A stretch of 64,000 bases of DNA from a virus: the IMG/VR virus record IMGVR_UViG_3300046522_000297, positions 50,008-114,007 of that record. One strand, written 5' to 3'. Position numbers and translations under genes: made by a program. Of the stretch, positions 45,043 to 55,963 are shown piece by piece. Numbering within the stretch: position 1 is the first letter of the stretch; each line of letters opens with the position of its first letter. The notes beneath the pieces are model-generated. The model worked only from the letters and a program-made list of their open reading frames with translations, was not told the origin of the DNA and did not search any database.

Positions 45043-48000
45043 TTAGTACGTTACTCTACTGATTTCGTACCAGGTAGAGTCTGCACTACGGAATACTAAG
45101 GTCATGGCCTGGACATACCCTGCGGTATTACCAAACTGGGCACTAGCTGCTCCGCCTGCAAAACGTACGTTAGTGTTAATCAACGTAACTGGCCAGGTAA
45201 CACCTAACAGCCTAATTTCTTCGCCATCTTGGACACCCGTAGTACCTAGGATACATCCGGTTCTAGCTGCACCAGAACCAGTGATAACCATAGTCTTTTG
45301 AGTAGGAGTCTGAGTTTGACCGTTCGCCGTAAAGCTAAGGTTATTTAAACTGGTGTACTCTCGGTTTATCTTAACAGCTTTATTAGCATCATCCAGGGTC
45401 AAGATCATAGTAGTTCCACCGCTAGGCCCGTTGAATGAACGTAGAGTGTTACTACTAAAATCGTCCTTCCAGTTCTTCGAGAAACGAGCTCCGTTAGCAG
45501 TTTCGAATACGTAGTTCGAGGTACCTAGACTGGTAAGCTCCGAAGTACAAGCATCGAAGTGGTTACCAATGACATATGCCGCTTGATACGAGTTTGACAG
45601 ACTGCGTAGTAAAACGCCGACTGCAAATCCTTCAAAATAGTTGCCGAATAGTTTCTCAGCAACAATATTCGCACCTAAGTCCACTCCATTACCTACTCCG
45701 CCGCCGGTAGATGATTGGAGAAGGTTACCCATGTAGGTATTTGCGCCGCCGGTAGTCAGCTTTATCGGTGAGTTAGATAGAATCTGATTACAGATAAACT
45801 TACATGCTTGTAATCCTAACGTCGTTCCATCTGAAATACCTATTGCAAATGCAAATCCCGCAACGCCGATAACATTATCCCTAGCAGTGTGAGTATACGC
45901 ACCTGCTACTGAAGCCGATGTATCTGGATCTACGTCAGCGTACAGAACCGCAGTCCCGACGTTGTTGGTAGCTGCCAAGAACCTATTATGCTCCCAGGTG
46001 CAGTGAGCAGCGTAGATACGCATACAGATTTGGTCACCACCCGGTCTAAACTGGATACCGATGATCCTGGTGTAAGCTGCTGCCACCTTTAGAAGATCGA
46101 AAGACCCGCTAAGGCTACGTAGATATGTCGTAGAAGAGCTCGCGCCCTCAAATACTAACCCCGCACCGGTGGAAGGTATCTTTAATGAAGATGTTATCAG
46201 GTACACCCCGGCTGGCAGAAACACCCTACGAACTGAACTTGAGCAAGCATAGTTAATAGCCGCTTGAATAGCAGCAGTATCATCCTTGACTCCATCACCG
46301 ACAGCACCAAACCACGTTACGTTAAGAGTGCCATTAAAAGCCCTCTTCCAACGTTTACCGTTGGAGGAAACGATGATGGTACCTGCATTATCTACACTAG
46401 TAGTATCGGTATCATCCCTTACGAAGTCCCCGGCCATACCGTTCAGACCTACGCAAGCAACTTTTCTAGGTCCGACATAATTTCTAAGAGCGGTATAGTC
46501 AGCTAACTGCAGGGCATTCAGAGAATCCGCAACGGTTTCTGTACCATTAGTAACTAGAGCGGCATCCGTAACTCCGATGGCAGCCGTTGATCTCGACAGC
46601 ACTTCGATAATACTTCCAGCAGGAGGAGCTTCACTGAACGTCAGAGTTTTACCAACGATACTATAAGTGGCCTTCTGCTGGTAAGATGCATTGATAAACA
46701 CATCTGAAACCATAACACCTACCGGGGTCTTGGCCAATGTGAAGGCAACCTTAGTGCCGTCGCCTACGAAATTATCAAGGTTTACGGTATTTCTATCTGC
46801 ACGGATCTGGTCCAGGATAGTTTTTACGTTGGTCGGAGCAGTGCCGTCGTTAGGGTTATAAACCGTTGTAGCTGCATCTGCTGCACTGAACGGGATTTCG
46901 TACTTGATAACTACTTCAATAGTGATACCGCTCAGAGGGGCTTCACTGAATGTCAGAGTAGTACCTAGCGCAGTGTACGAATCTTTTCTCTGATACACCC
47001 CATCGAAGTGAATATCTACTACGGAAGTGCCGCTCACTGAAACCGGCAAAGTGTAAACCGTAGTCGTACCATCCCCGATAAACATCGCAACGTACTGACT
47101 TGCACGTTTATCTAGCTCTGCCTTAACAGTTGTCTGAGTAACATTACCCGCAGGGGTATAGTTAACTCCTGTAGCATCAACCGTAGTCAGAGGAAGTTCT
47201 TTCCGAATAACTACTTCAATGTTATTAGTACCCGCTACCGGTGCCGACAGGAACGTTAAAGTAGTTCCATAGGCGGTATAAGTAGTTTTCTGCTGATATG
47301 CACCACTGATGTACACATCCAGGCTGGTTGGATTAGCAACGGCAACCGGTAGGTTGAAAGTAGTCGCTGAGCCAGTCCCCGAGTATCTAGCAACAGTAGC
47401 CGTACCACGTTCTTTCTTAAACGTGTCTAGGGCGTCCTTAACGTTAGAAACAATAAGGCCATCATCTGATAGGTACCTAGTTGTGGCAGCGTCAGACACA
47501 CCGATAGGCAGAGCATAAGTCACCGTAACTTCAATGCTTGCACCATTGTCTGGGGCAGAGCTGAAAGTCAAGTTAGTGCCACTCAGAGTATATCCAGATT
47601 TCTCCTGATAAACGGAGTTGATATGGACATGCATCATGTTGGCGTTAGGTATGGCAAACGGAAGCACAAAAGTCGTGTTTGAGCCGTTACCAGTATATCT
47701 GTACACGCCTACGGTATTACGCTGGTCCAGTGCGTCTTTGACGCTAGCTACGTTAGATCCATCGACTGCAGTATAGCTGATAAGAGATGCGTCGGTGCTT
47801 CCTAGCGGAGCGATGGCATCAAGGACGACTTCAACGTTATCCGTACCTGCTGGAGGAGCCTCGGTGAAAGTTAACAGGTTATTGGTAACGGTATACGAGC
47901 TCTTAAGCTGGTACAGGGAATCAATGTGGACATCAACCGCATTACCGAAAGCTGGCACTGGCAGGCTGAAAGTCGTTGTACTTCCATCACCTGAGAACTT

Positions 48001-48519
48001 ACGGACGAGACGAGTCAGTCGAGAGTCGAGGACATACTCGACGGTTGTATTAGCTGTTCCGTCTGAAGGAGTGTAGACAGTCGTGGCAGCATCGCCAGAA
48101 CCCAGCGGTAGAACTGTACGGATCTGAATTTCGATATTATCCGTGCCAGCAGGAGGAGCTTCTCCGAAGGTTAGCTGAGTACCGTCTACGGTGTAGGAAG
48201 ACTTTAGCTGATATGCTGAATCGATGTGAACTTCTACGGCACTCGGTCCAGGCGCTGCTGTCGGCAGGGTGAATACCTTATTAGAGCCGTTGCCTGAGAA
48301 CGTGGCTACAGTAATGCTACCCGCACCGATGCCTAAGCCTTTAGAGTCTACGTACTTTTTAGTAGCAGCCTCCATGTCCTCGGCAGGATCGCGGCTTAAG
48401 AAAAGGGGACCTTGAAGCGTGTCCCCTATTTTATTAACCGGTACGTAACCTAGTGCGCCAGCAATGTCTTCTGGTAGAATCGAAGTTTCTGCATCTGGCG
48501 GTAAACCGTAGTAACTCAT
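45043..48519 (-). CDS. scaffold tailspike with six tandem ~100-aa N-terminal repeats
   Basis: Six F/Y.G.G...F.LP...V.I...YQ....YT..G..LTF..AP..G..IEV units, then head domain and beta-helix. Confidence 0.85.
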   Translation of the reverse strand: MSYYGLPPDAETSILPEDIAGALGYVPVNKIGDTLQGPLFLSRDPAEDMEAATKKYVDSKGLGIGAGSITVATFSGNGSNKVFTLPTAAPGPSAVEVHIDSAYQLKSSYTVDGTQLTFGEAPPAGTDNIEIQIRTVLPLGSGDAATTVYTPSDGTANTTVEYVLDSRLTRLVRKFSGDGSTTTFSLPVPAFGNAVDVHIDSLYQLKSSYTVTNNLLTFTEAPPAGTDNVEVVLDAIAPLGSTDASLISYTAVDGSNVASVKDALDQRNTVGVYRYTGNGSNTTFVLPFAIPNANMMHVHINSVYQEKSGYTLSGTNLTFSSAPDNGASIEVTVTYALPIGVSDAATTRYLSDDGLIVSNVKDALDTFKKERGTATVARYSGTGSATTFNLPVAVANPTSLDVYISGAYQQKTTYTAYGTTLTFLSAPVAGTNNIEVVIRKELPLTTVDATGVNYTPAGNVTQTTVKAELDKRASQYVAMFIGDGTTTVYTLPVSVSGTSVVDIHFDGVYQRKDSYTALGTTLTFSEAPLSGITIEVVIKYEIPFSAADAATTVYNPNDGTAPTNVKTILDQIRADRNTVNLDNFVGDGTKVAFTLAKTPVGVMVSDVFINASYQQKATYSIVGKTLTFSEAPPAGSIIEVLSRSTAAIGVTDAALVTNGTETVADSLNALQLADYTALRNYVGPRKVACVGLNGMAGDFVRDDTDTTSVDNAGTIIVSSNGKRWKRAFNGTLNVTWFGAVGDGVKDDTAAIQAAINYACSSSVRRVFLPAGVYLITSSLKIPSTGAGLVFEGASSSTTYLRSLSGSFDLLKVAAAYTRIIGIQFRPGGDQICMRIYAAHCTWEHNRFLAATNNVGTAVLYADVDPDTSASVAGAYTHTARDNVIGVAGFAFAIGISDGTTLGLQACKFICNQILSNSPIKLTTGGANTYMGNLLQSSTGGGVGNGVDLGANIVAEKLFGNYFEGFAVGVLLRSLSNSYQAAYVIGNHFDACTSELTSLGTSNYVFETANGARFSKNWKDDFSSNTLRSFNGPSGGTTMILTLDDANKAVKINREYTSLNNLSFTANGQTQTPTQKTMVITGSGAARTGCILGTTGVQDGEEIRLLGVTWPVTLINTNVRFAGGAASAQFGNTAGYVQAMTLVFRSADSTWYEISRVTY

Positions 48520-48585
48520 GAAATAAATCCGTTAAAAAAATTTGTTGAAAAGATTAGATAATTTATTTTATCTAATTATCCGGAG

Positions 48586-48912
48586 TTACGGAGTAGGTTC
48601 TTCGTAGCCGTAGATCCTAACTGCGACGTTTGCGATGTTCGATTTAACGAAAACATGCTCTCCAGCGCCTATAACTAGGCCTGTCCTTTCCAAAACTCCG
48701 CCTTGCATCGGCAGTATGGTGTCGAACTCAATGAAGTCCTGAGGGTCCGGAAACGCCGCAGTAGTAATTGCAACTCTGATCTTGGCATCCGTAGTAGAGC
48801 TCATATTCACGACGCTCAAGTTTGCTGCTGCAACATTACCGTCAGATACGGTATATAGGACTACGTATGTATCCTGAGGCAGAGCCGCTTTTCCTAACAA
48901 TCCGCCAGCCAT
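48586..48912 (-). CDS. virion structural protein
   Basis: Small beta-rich protein in tail module; resembles 49285-49611. Confidence 0.6.
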   Translation of the reverse strand: MAGGLLGKAALPQDTYVVLYTVSDGNVAAANLSVVNMSSTTDAKIRVAITTAAFPDPQDFIEFDTILPMQGGVLERTGLVIGAGEHVFVKSNIANVAVRIYGYEEPTP

Positions 48913-49283
48913 TATAAATTCCCCATAAAGTAAATATATCCTCTTCTAGTTCTCTGTAACATATTTGTTTTAAGAGCGAATCTAGAATCGCTTTCGTCCT
49001 TGGTGTAAGTGTTTTTAGGAGTAGCCAGAATTAACTTGGTTTTAGAGACCATGTAGACTACGTCTCCACTTGCACAAGGAGATTTCAATGTTACGGTAAT
49101 ACCGTTTGATGCTATAAAAGCGGAATCCGGTAAGTGATCACCATTAACGTAAATATCAATAGACCCGACAGAGTAGGTGAACGTAAAAAGAGTTTGACCG
49201 TCTGCTGCCGTGAATTGGGCACGAGTCTCTTGAGATTGTCTTTGAGTTGGACTACGTCCAAAATACTCCATTGAAGTCGGCAT
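48912..49283 (-). CDS. virion structural protein with one scaffold-type repeat
   Basis: FTAADGQTLF...IDIYVNG...F.A.NG..VTL..P...GDVV. Confidence 0.6.
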   Translation of the reverse strand: MPTSMEYFGRSPTQRQSQETRAQFTAADGQTLFTFTYSVGSIDIYVNGDHLPDSAFIASNGITVTLKSPCASGDVVYMVSKTKLILATPKNTYTKDESDSRFALKTNMLQRTRRGYIYFMGNL

Positions 49284-49284
49284 A

Positions 49285-49611
49285 TTAAGTTCTCTCTAAA
49301 ACGTCTACGTGTCCCTGAATCATATTGTCATTGTCCGCTGTGATATACATATACTCTCCTGGGAACAACACGATTTTCGGGCACTTACTACTTCCGCCGT
49401 ATGGGATTGGAATTTCCTTGAATATCGAAATGTAATTATTCAAGGTATTTCTAATCTCCAACGTCAGGGTGTGATCTGATTTATTCGTAGAATCCACGTT
49501 TGCGAAAGTCCCTGAGAAAACAATGGCAGTTGTGCCGATAGGGACTGGGCCGTAAAGTGGGGTTCTGGTCGATAGTGCTGATACGTCAGCTCGTTTAAAG
49601 TTAGATGCCAT
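49285..49611 (-). CDS. virion structural protein
   Basis: MASNFK...LY..P...KIVL.PGE pattern. Confidence 0.6.
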   Translation of the reverse strand: MASNFKRADVSALSTRTPLYGPVPIGTTAIVFSGTFANVDSTNKSDHTLTLEIRNTLNNYISIFKEIPIPYGGSSKCPKIVLFPGEYMYITADNDNMIQGHVDVLERT

Positions 49612-49619
49612 GTTTAGTC

Positions 49620-50390
49620 TTAGTTAGCGAATAGCAGGGAGTAGATTAAAGCATCATCACCCTGATTAGAATCTTTGAGATAGCTCATTGTACTTACGTA
49701 AACTTCAAACTGATCTCCTACAGCTGGCACGGTACTTAGAGGAGTGTTCCATGCCGCAATCCCAGTTGCCGACCCCGTAATATCCCTGCATACACCTGCG
49801 TTAACTCCGGTAGTGAATTGGAGAATGTATTTACCGGTAGTGGCATTAGTCAGTAGGCTGCCGATCTGAGAAGACGTAAGATTGTTCTGAGTCGCAGAAG
49901 TAATTGTACCAGTCAGAACAACAATTCCGTGAGTGCTAAACCTCCAACTAGAATCAGTTGATCTTACAGCTATCACCGGGTTACCATTAGCATCCCCGGA
50001 ATGACATACGTAAGCAGTAGCGTTAGACTTAGAAGGGGCGTCTAGCTGGTCCACGGAGTCGAGGTCCCCCATAAGATCGACGACTTTTTCGAAGTCGTTT
50101 AGAGTCTCCTGAGTAACACGGTTTTCAGCTCTGGAACCCTCTCTGAAGGTTTGAGGCTCTGTGCCTTCTCTACCTCTAACACATCCGGTGAATATGTTAT
50201 CGACCCTGCCATGGACTTCTATCACTTCGATCCTATTAGCAGTTTCCAAGGTAACAAGGAAAAACTCCCCGGCGATAGGCAAAGGGAACTTAGACCCGTC
50301 CGTTACACTAATTGTAGTGTCGTAAGGGCTAATAGCTGCCGCCAGGGTCGTCTTGGCATTGTTGGCATATAGTCGTCTTGAAAGGGTCAT
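49620..50390 (-). CDS. tail fiber attachment/baseplate protein
   Basis: ANNAKTTLAAAI...TI.V.DGS.FP...EVI.V......RGREGT. Confidence 0.65.
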   Translation of the reverse strand: MTLSRRLYANNAKTTLAAAISPYDTTISVTDGSKFPLPIAGEFFLVTLETANRIEVIEVHGRVDNIFTGCVRGREGTEPQTFREGSRAENRVTQETLNDFEKVVDLMGDLDSVDQLDAPSKSNATAYVCHSGDANGNPVIAVRSTDSSWRFSTHGIVVLTGTITSATQNNLTSSQIGSLLTNATTGKYILQFTTGVNAGVCRDITGSATGIAAWNTPLSTVPAVGDQFEVYVSTMSYLKDSNQGDDALIYSLLFAN

Positions 50391-50397
50391 GGTTGAA

Positions 50398-50760
50398 TCA
50401 GGGTATATTTATAATTTGAGTACTTGAAGACGGGTTGGACATAGAAAAACTCAAGAAAGTCAGAGTATTTGTTATATGTCTAATTACTCCAGTAATATCG
50501 TCGTCAAGGCCTAAGAGTATTTTAGCCTGACGGTATTTTACGTACTTGTTGCCAAACATAGGTATCGCAGTGCCGGTAAATGTCTGTAATCTCTGATATT
50601 CTTCGAGGTTGCAGACCCCAATATATCCGCCGAGATTAGTATCTCCGGTATTCTCGTAGATAAAAACATCTTTGGGCAGGATACCGTCCGTTACTTCAGC
50701 AGTAAGTTCGATGTTACCGTCATTGGTTATTTGAGTTGTTACAGAAAGTGAGCTAGCCAT
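50398..50760 (-). CDS. hypothetical structural protein
   Basis: Position in baseplate operon. Confidence 0.6.
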   Translation of the reverse strand: MASSLSVTTQITNDGNIELTAEVTDGILPKDVFIYENTGDTNLGGYIGVCNLEEYQRLQTFTGTAIPMFGNKYVKYRQAKILLGLDDDITGVIRHITNTLTFLSFSMSNPSSSTQIINIP

Positions 50761-51248
50761 TACGAAACCTTAATAGTCCATTCGAAGTGGAGACTGAATT
50801 CACTAGTCTTATCAATGCCTGGGAAACATTTAATATTAAACATACTTCCAGCGGCGGTGAAGAGTCCAGCTTCAGTGATCTTCTGGCCATTACCCATACC
50901 TTGATCTAAGTCAGTGATAAAGACAACACTCGGTATGTTGTTATTAACTTGGTAGTAAGTGGGCACGGTCATCAATTCATTGTACAGGCCGGTTAGATTT
51001 TGGTTAACCACTTTAGGGAACAATCCTTTCGGATCCACCGTTCCCCCGGTGCCGACTCTAAAGCTGGTGATGGGATCCCACGATCCCGAAGAGGCGTACA
51101 GCATTGATAGAAGTCTTTGCTTACTCACCAGCATGATCATATTCTTTTCATGGAATACAGTTTCTTTGGATCCGTCAGCGTAGACTTTCTGTGCCAGCAG
51201 ATCCCCTCTCAGTTCCATTTGAGCTTTAGAATTTAGTGCTAATTCCAT
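50760..51248 (-). CDS. baseplate/tail-collar protein
   Basis: VGTGG...NG.KITEAGLF...MF....F.GIDKT......WTI. Confidence 0.65.
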   Translation of the reverse strand: MELALNSKAQMELRGDLLAQKVYADGSKETVFHEKNMIMLVSKQRLLSMLYASSGSWDPITSFRVGTGGTVDPKGLFPKVVNQNLTGLYNELMTVPTYYQVNNNIPSVVFITDLDQGMGNGQKITEAGLFTAAGSMFNIKCFPGIDKTSEFSLHFEWTIKVS

Positions 51249-53440
51249 TATTTAAGTTCCATTCTATGGGTCAAGGTCATTCCGTTTCGAGACCTAATCA
51301 TAGGAGTTTTATTCTCGCTATCGGTGTAAGTAGGTACGTCGTTTATAGTAACTTGTGACATAGAGTTATTATAGCCCAAAACAGTTAATCCCCTAAGTAG
51401 ATATAGGGAGCTGGAACTGGCTATGTGACCTCTAGTAGCTTTGTGTCTAAACGAGATATTAAGAGGATCGTCTTCCGAAACTATGGAGTACATCCCGCCT
51501 CTATCAATGTTATTCGCCGTTACCAAGTAGATCCCTACGGTTTCATCCTGGATTCGTACACCTATCAGATAATCATTATTTGTTAGGTCAGAAGTCTGAA
51601 ACGTAAACGTACGGAATCCCATATCTGGCATGAAACTCCCCATGTATCCTACGTCGATACCCCTAGTGCGGAAGATATCGAAATTTTGCACCAGCTGACC
51701 TACGTCCATCAGGGGCAGGCTTTCATCAACCGCTAGACTATTGATAGACTCCGATAGATTAAATGGGTTGAACAGATCGAAATACCATTCACTGACATCC
51801 GGTGTATAAATACCTGCCTTATCACATTTACTAACCAAATCAGTCTGAGTAGTTACATATAGAGGGACTAATGCCATCCCCTGAGGTATGTTGAAGATCT
51901 TACGTAAGTGATGGCTCGGACAACCTACGGCATCCTGGCCAATTTCTGCCAAGGGTCTTCTGCTCCGGGAAAACTGAATGCGGCTTCTAGGGAAAGTGAC
52001 CATTTCAGTACCACGACTCAGGATAGTGTTAAGCCAGGCTTTCTCCACGTCAGTATTATCACGGTACTGAGTTTGAGGATTGACAAAGCCAGTAGCAGTT
52101 CCCCCCATGAATGGGATAGGATCACCGTTGACATAGGTATCAGTGCCGCACATGCGAGATACGAAGTTAGGCACCGAGTAGCGCATAAACTTAGCCTCGT
52201 TTCTTGTATGGGGAACATCCGTTTCGTTACGGGTGAAATGCTCTATACCTACGAGTACACCTTCATGGCGTTGAATGTCTCTACGCTGTTTTAAGGTCTC
52301 AGTCAGAGTCACCGTCTCGTCATTAGGAATCGTCCAGATATAAATCGGAGTGGTATACGCAGGCTTAGCTCTACGGATAACGTCAGACAATTGGAGGAAT
52401 GCCTGATTGTTTTTGAACTCAGCGACATTAACATTCACTAAGAACGTATGTTTTTTCAGGTAAGTTCTCATCAGGTAGTCGAAATGACTGCCTCTAGTAG
52501 CATAGCGGTTCTCCTGCCCTTCTGGAACACCCGGAATAATAGACGCTGGAATTCTAAGATTTATCCACCAGTCACCATCATTGAGGTAATCTTTGATCTC
52601 CACCCACTTAGCCAGTTCGTCTCCGACGTTCAAGACATCGTCGACTTGAATAGTCGGAGTCAGGCCGTACGGGATCAGATACTGATTAGAGTCGGTCACC
52701 ACAATGTATTGATCGGTTTCAAGGTACCTACGGACGTCCAGGACGGTCTCAGTGCCACGGGCGAGGGGTACACCCAGACAGAGATTCAAACCCTTGCGCA
52801 GGAGCTCTAAGGTGGGTCCATTCAGGTATATATAGTACAGGCCGTAGACTAGGTTCTTGAATGCATCAGTGCTAGTCTCCGGGTCAAGTCCAAGTATGGC
52901 TCCATAGTTTTTAGAGATCCACTTCTCATCAATTTCAGTATCGACAAACCACAAGGCGTATTCTCGGGTAGATTCATCGTTCAATAGACGGGTAGAAAAC
53001 CCGGCATTGGAAATGTCTTGGGCGAATCTAACCCTGAGTTCACCGCTATCTGTCTGCTCAATTCTAAAGTCTACGTTATCTTCTAGCAAGGTCGTCGGTA
53101 GAAGGGGCCTATTAGCGATATATCTGGAACTAAGGATATCCGCAGGTAGTTTATAAAGGTTTACCTGCCCCTCGACCCTGTCCGTACTCTTAATCGTTAC
53201 TAACTTAAGAGTTTGGTTCAGTGTCGTCTGAATATCCTCAAGGCTGATAGTGCTAGTAAGTTGCAGAAATTTACTGTACGCATCACTAGCTGCCTGGGCA
53301 TTAGATTCCAGAAGCAGATTCACCCTCGATGTATCCTGAAACATCATTGAAAAGAAATCGCTAATACCGTACAAGTACGCCATATTAGCGGAGTTATTTC
53401 CGATATCTAAGCCCGAGGGTGAAAATGAAGATCTTGCCAT
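51248..53440 (-). CDS. baseplate wedge protein
   Basis: GPT...LRKGLNL.LG; RRAKPAYT; follows baseplate J-like gene. Confidence 0.6.
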   Translation of the reverse strand: MARSSFSPSGLDIGNNSANMAYLYGISDFFSMMFQDTSRVNLLLESNAQAASDAYSKFLQLTSTISLEDIQTTLNQTLKLVTIKSTDRVEGQVNLYKLPADILSSRYIANRPLLPTTLLEDNVDFRIEQTDSGELRVRFAQDISNAGFSTRLLNDESTREYALWFVDTEIDEKWISKNYGAILGLDPETSTDAFKNLVYGLYYIYLNGPTLELLRKGLNLCLGVPLARGTETVLDVRRYLETDQYIVVTDSNQYLIPYGLTPTIQVDDVLNVGDELAKWVEIKDYLNDGDWWINLRIPASIIPGVPEGQENRYATRGSHFDYLMRTYLKKHTFLVNVNVAEFKNNQAFLQLSDVIRRAKPAYTTPIYIWTIPNDETVTLTETLKQRRDIQRHEGVLVGIEHFTRNETDVPHTRNEAKFMRYSVPNFVSRMCGTDTYVNGDPIPFMGGTATGFVNPQTQYRDNTDVEKAWLNTILSRGTEMVTFPRSRIQFSRSRRPLAEIGQDAVGCPSHHLRKIFNIPQGMALVPLYVTTQTDLVSKCDKAGIYTPDVSEWYFDLFNPFNLSESINSLAVDESLPLMDVGQLVQNFDIFRTRGIDVGYMGSFMPDMGFRTFTFQTSDLTNNDYLIGVRIQDETVGIYLVTANNIDRGGMYSIVSEDDPLNISFRHKATRGHIASSSSLYLLRGLTVLGYNNSMSQVTINDVPTYTDSENKTPMIRSRNGMTLTHRMELK

Positions 53441-53441
53441 T

Positions 53442-55412
53442 TTAGTTAATTACTATGTTATTTGCTGCGATATTTTGAGCGTGCGTAGCTACCGAATCCA
53501 GTAGGAATACATTGGTTCGATCGTTGGGATCTAGAATGTCAGTAATGGTACCGGTCTCTATCGCCGTCAAATCCCTTGTATACTTCTTAAAGGTTACCTT
53601 CGGTGGATTCTGGATATTAACGATGCCGTTTAGTCTAAGCTGAGACATCATATCACTCATAACAAACATGTCGCCGAGATCTAGACTCTTTAAATAATTT
53701 TGGACTACAGATTCCACAGCAGAGGCATCCGGCACCGTAGAGTTATACGAAGTAACTTCAACGTTTAGTTTATAGAAGTTAAACCCTTTTGCCAAGTAGT
53801 CTGCACATAGCACCCTGTTAGCAGCATTATCTAGATAGTTCTGAATAGAGTCTAGATTCTGGAAATAGCCAATATCAAAACTAGCAGTCTTATTAGCATA
53901 TGCTGTACCGAAGTCCACTATCAGAGATTGTCTTTCGCTAAATCCAAAGTCTTTCCATGGGGTCACGAAAGTACATGTTGACGCAGTATTATCCATCATC
54001 CCTACTATAACCATAGGTAAATCAAAGGTAAACTGGTTCTCGTTAATAACTTCTTTTATCATCCAGGTACCATTGAGCTGTGTGATAAAGGATCCTTTTA
54101 TAAACACATGACGTCCAGGTATATACCCATGATTGGTAAGGGTAACTAGTGCGTAAGTCTCTTTAGCCTCTATCCGTATAATGCTCTTTGTTTCAAGATA
54201 CTCATTAGATACTGTGTAAGGGGTAGAGAAAGGAATCTGATCATCATCGTCACCGCCTGAGATTGAGCTTCGGCTGAACTCATAGATTGGTCCTGTAAGA
54301 TTTACTCTTCCAAACTCATCAGCGGTCAGCTGTATAGTAGACTTAGCTAAGGTGTCAGAGCAGAATACGTCAACCATACCTCCGTTGTGAACCATAGTAG
54401 GGTCATTGATATCAACTACAGTTGGCATAATGCTTATAAACGACGGATTGGATGTATTTGTGACCTTGAACACGGAAGAATCAAGGACGGTAATAGAGAA
54501 GTCTCCGTTATACCCCGAAGGTATCGCCCCGGATACACGGATTCTTTGCCCGGTCTTATATCCGTGGTTGGGGAGTGTTATCGTCGTTTCAGCCCCGTTA
54601 GATGTCATCGAGGTCGGAGTTCTAGGAATACTCGGTTCGAACACAACTCGGATCTGGTCACGAATCATCTCGGCATCCCCCATGCCTACTACCAGCAGAC
54701 GATCAATGTAGTTGAACTCTGCCTTGAGGTTAGAGTCCACACTCGGTACGTTGATCAGGTTACGGGTGGAGATTGCAGTCTTCGATCTCTCGATGAATTC
54801 AGAGTTAGTCTCGCTGTTAATACTTTCACTTTTCAGATAGTTGATCTCCGCTCTTAGAAAATAAGGATCGAAGTTACTGAAATAAAGCAGAGAACCTGAG
54901 GAGATGTTGTAATCGGTACCCTCTTTCTCAGCTACCAGTTCAATGTCAATGTAGTATTCATTACTGTATGAGTCAAAAGTCATTGCGTCAGCAGAGTACG
55001 AAATCGACTCTGAAGGCAGGAACTTGACGGTGTTATCAGTAGAAAAGTAGGTTGAGGAGCTAACACTGACATTCTTTTTACGGGCGAAGTAAAGTCTAGC
55101 GCTGATAACGCTCTTGATACCGATCTTACGAGTAAGGAACCAGTTACTCAGGATAGAGTCGAGGACTTCCGTAGGCGTGCTGTCGTCTACCCCATTAAGA
55201 GTATTCTGGGTGAAGTACTGATCAACACCCTTCTTAACCAACGTTAAAAGCAGGGCACTAGGTCTTAGTACCAGGTCCCGAAGGCCCGTACCTTCACGTA
55301 AATCTAAGTCTGGGAATTGGGCTTCCAATATCTGCTTGCACAGCAGCTCCGCCTCTAGAATTTCCTGAGAGGTCGGTTGAAGCCCGGGGATTACTGAATA
55401 TAAATCTGACAT
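53442..55412 (-). CDS. baseplate J-like wedge protein with inserted beta domains
   Basis: DLREGTGLRDLV, VAEKEGTDYNI, ETNSEFIER, GGMVDVF; two NHGY..G..I.I.G.....NG inserts. Confidence 0.75.
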   Translation of the reverse strand: MSDLYSVIPGLQPTSQEILEAELLCKQILEAQFPDLDLREGTGLRDLVLRPSALLLTLVKKGVDQYFTQNTLNGVDDSTPTEVLDSILSNWFLTRKIGIKSVISARLYFARKKNVSVSSSTYFSTDNTVKFLPSESISYSADAMTFDSYSNEYYIDIELVAEKEGTDYNISSGSLLYFSNFDPYFLRAEINYLKSESINSETNSEFIERSKTAISTRNLINVPSVDSNLKAEFNYIDRLLVVGMGDAEMIRDQIRVVFEPSIPRTPTSMTSNGAETTITLPNHGYKTGQRIRVSGAIPSGYNGDFSITVLDSSVFKVTNTSNPSFISIMPTVVDINDPTMVHNGGMVDVFCSDTLAKSTIQLTADEFGRVNLTGPIYEFSRSSISGGDDDDQIPFSTPYTVSNEYLETKSIIRIEAKETYALVTLTNHGYIPGRHVFIKGSFITQLNGTWMIKEVINENQFTFDLPMVIVGMMDNTASTCTFVTPWKDFGFSERQSLIVDFGTAYANKTASFDIGYFQNLDSIQNYLDNAANRVLCADYLAKGFNFYKLNVEVTSYNSTVPDASAVESVVQNYLKSLDLGDMFVMSDMMSQLRLNGIVNIQNPPKVTFKKYTRDLTAIETGTITDILDPNDRTNVFLLDSVATHAQNIAANNIVIN

Positions 55413-55462
55413 ATGGATAGGGTTAAGTGGTTTATTGATTAGTTTAACTGTTTACCCTGTGC

Positions 55463-55963
55463 TCAATCCCCGTTCAGTTTCAAGTCCAACTGAGGGAATG
55501 GTATAGCTACTTGGGCTTTTGCCCCAGCTTTCGTCAGGATACGAAGATATATTGCCACCGATTCTGAACCGGTATCTAGGCCTAGGATAGTCACTGCGTC
55601 TAACTGACTAGCAACGTCTGTGCCGATGTTTAGGATACGTTTTACCTGGCTTTCAGCAGATCGTATCTCTGTTACAAGATCGGCCATGAACACGGAATCA
55701 TCTTCGGTAATGTTAGCGTTTACTGTAAGTGTAGAGAAATTAGTCCCTTGGTTAGGGGATAAAACGTTAGATCCCAGACTAGTAAAAAGAATTTTTACAA
55801 ACATCTGGGCAACTTTCTGGATCCCTGTCACTTTCCTAGGAGTATCGTCTATATCGAAATCCAGTAACCCCTCTGGGAACCCATCTCCGTACTTTATAAG
55901 TAACAGATCGTTTAGGCCGCCCTGAGCCAGGTTAGTGGAAATGCCTAATCTAGTACTGCTCAC
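55463..55963 (-). CDS. gp25/W-like baseplate protein
   Basis: VTGIQKVAQ..VKILFT.LGSN...PNQGT. Confidence 0.65.
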   Translation of the reverse strand: MSSTRLGISTNLAQGGLNDLLLIKYGDGFPEGLLDFDIDDTPRKVTGIQKVAQMFVKILFTSLGSNVLSPNQGTNFSTLTVNANITEDDSVFMADLVTEIRSAESQVKRILNIGTDVASQLDAVTILGLDTGSESVAIYLRILTKAGAKAQVAIPFPQLDLKLNGD

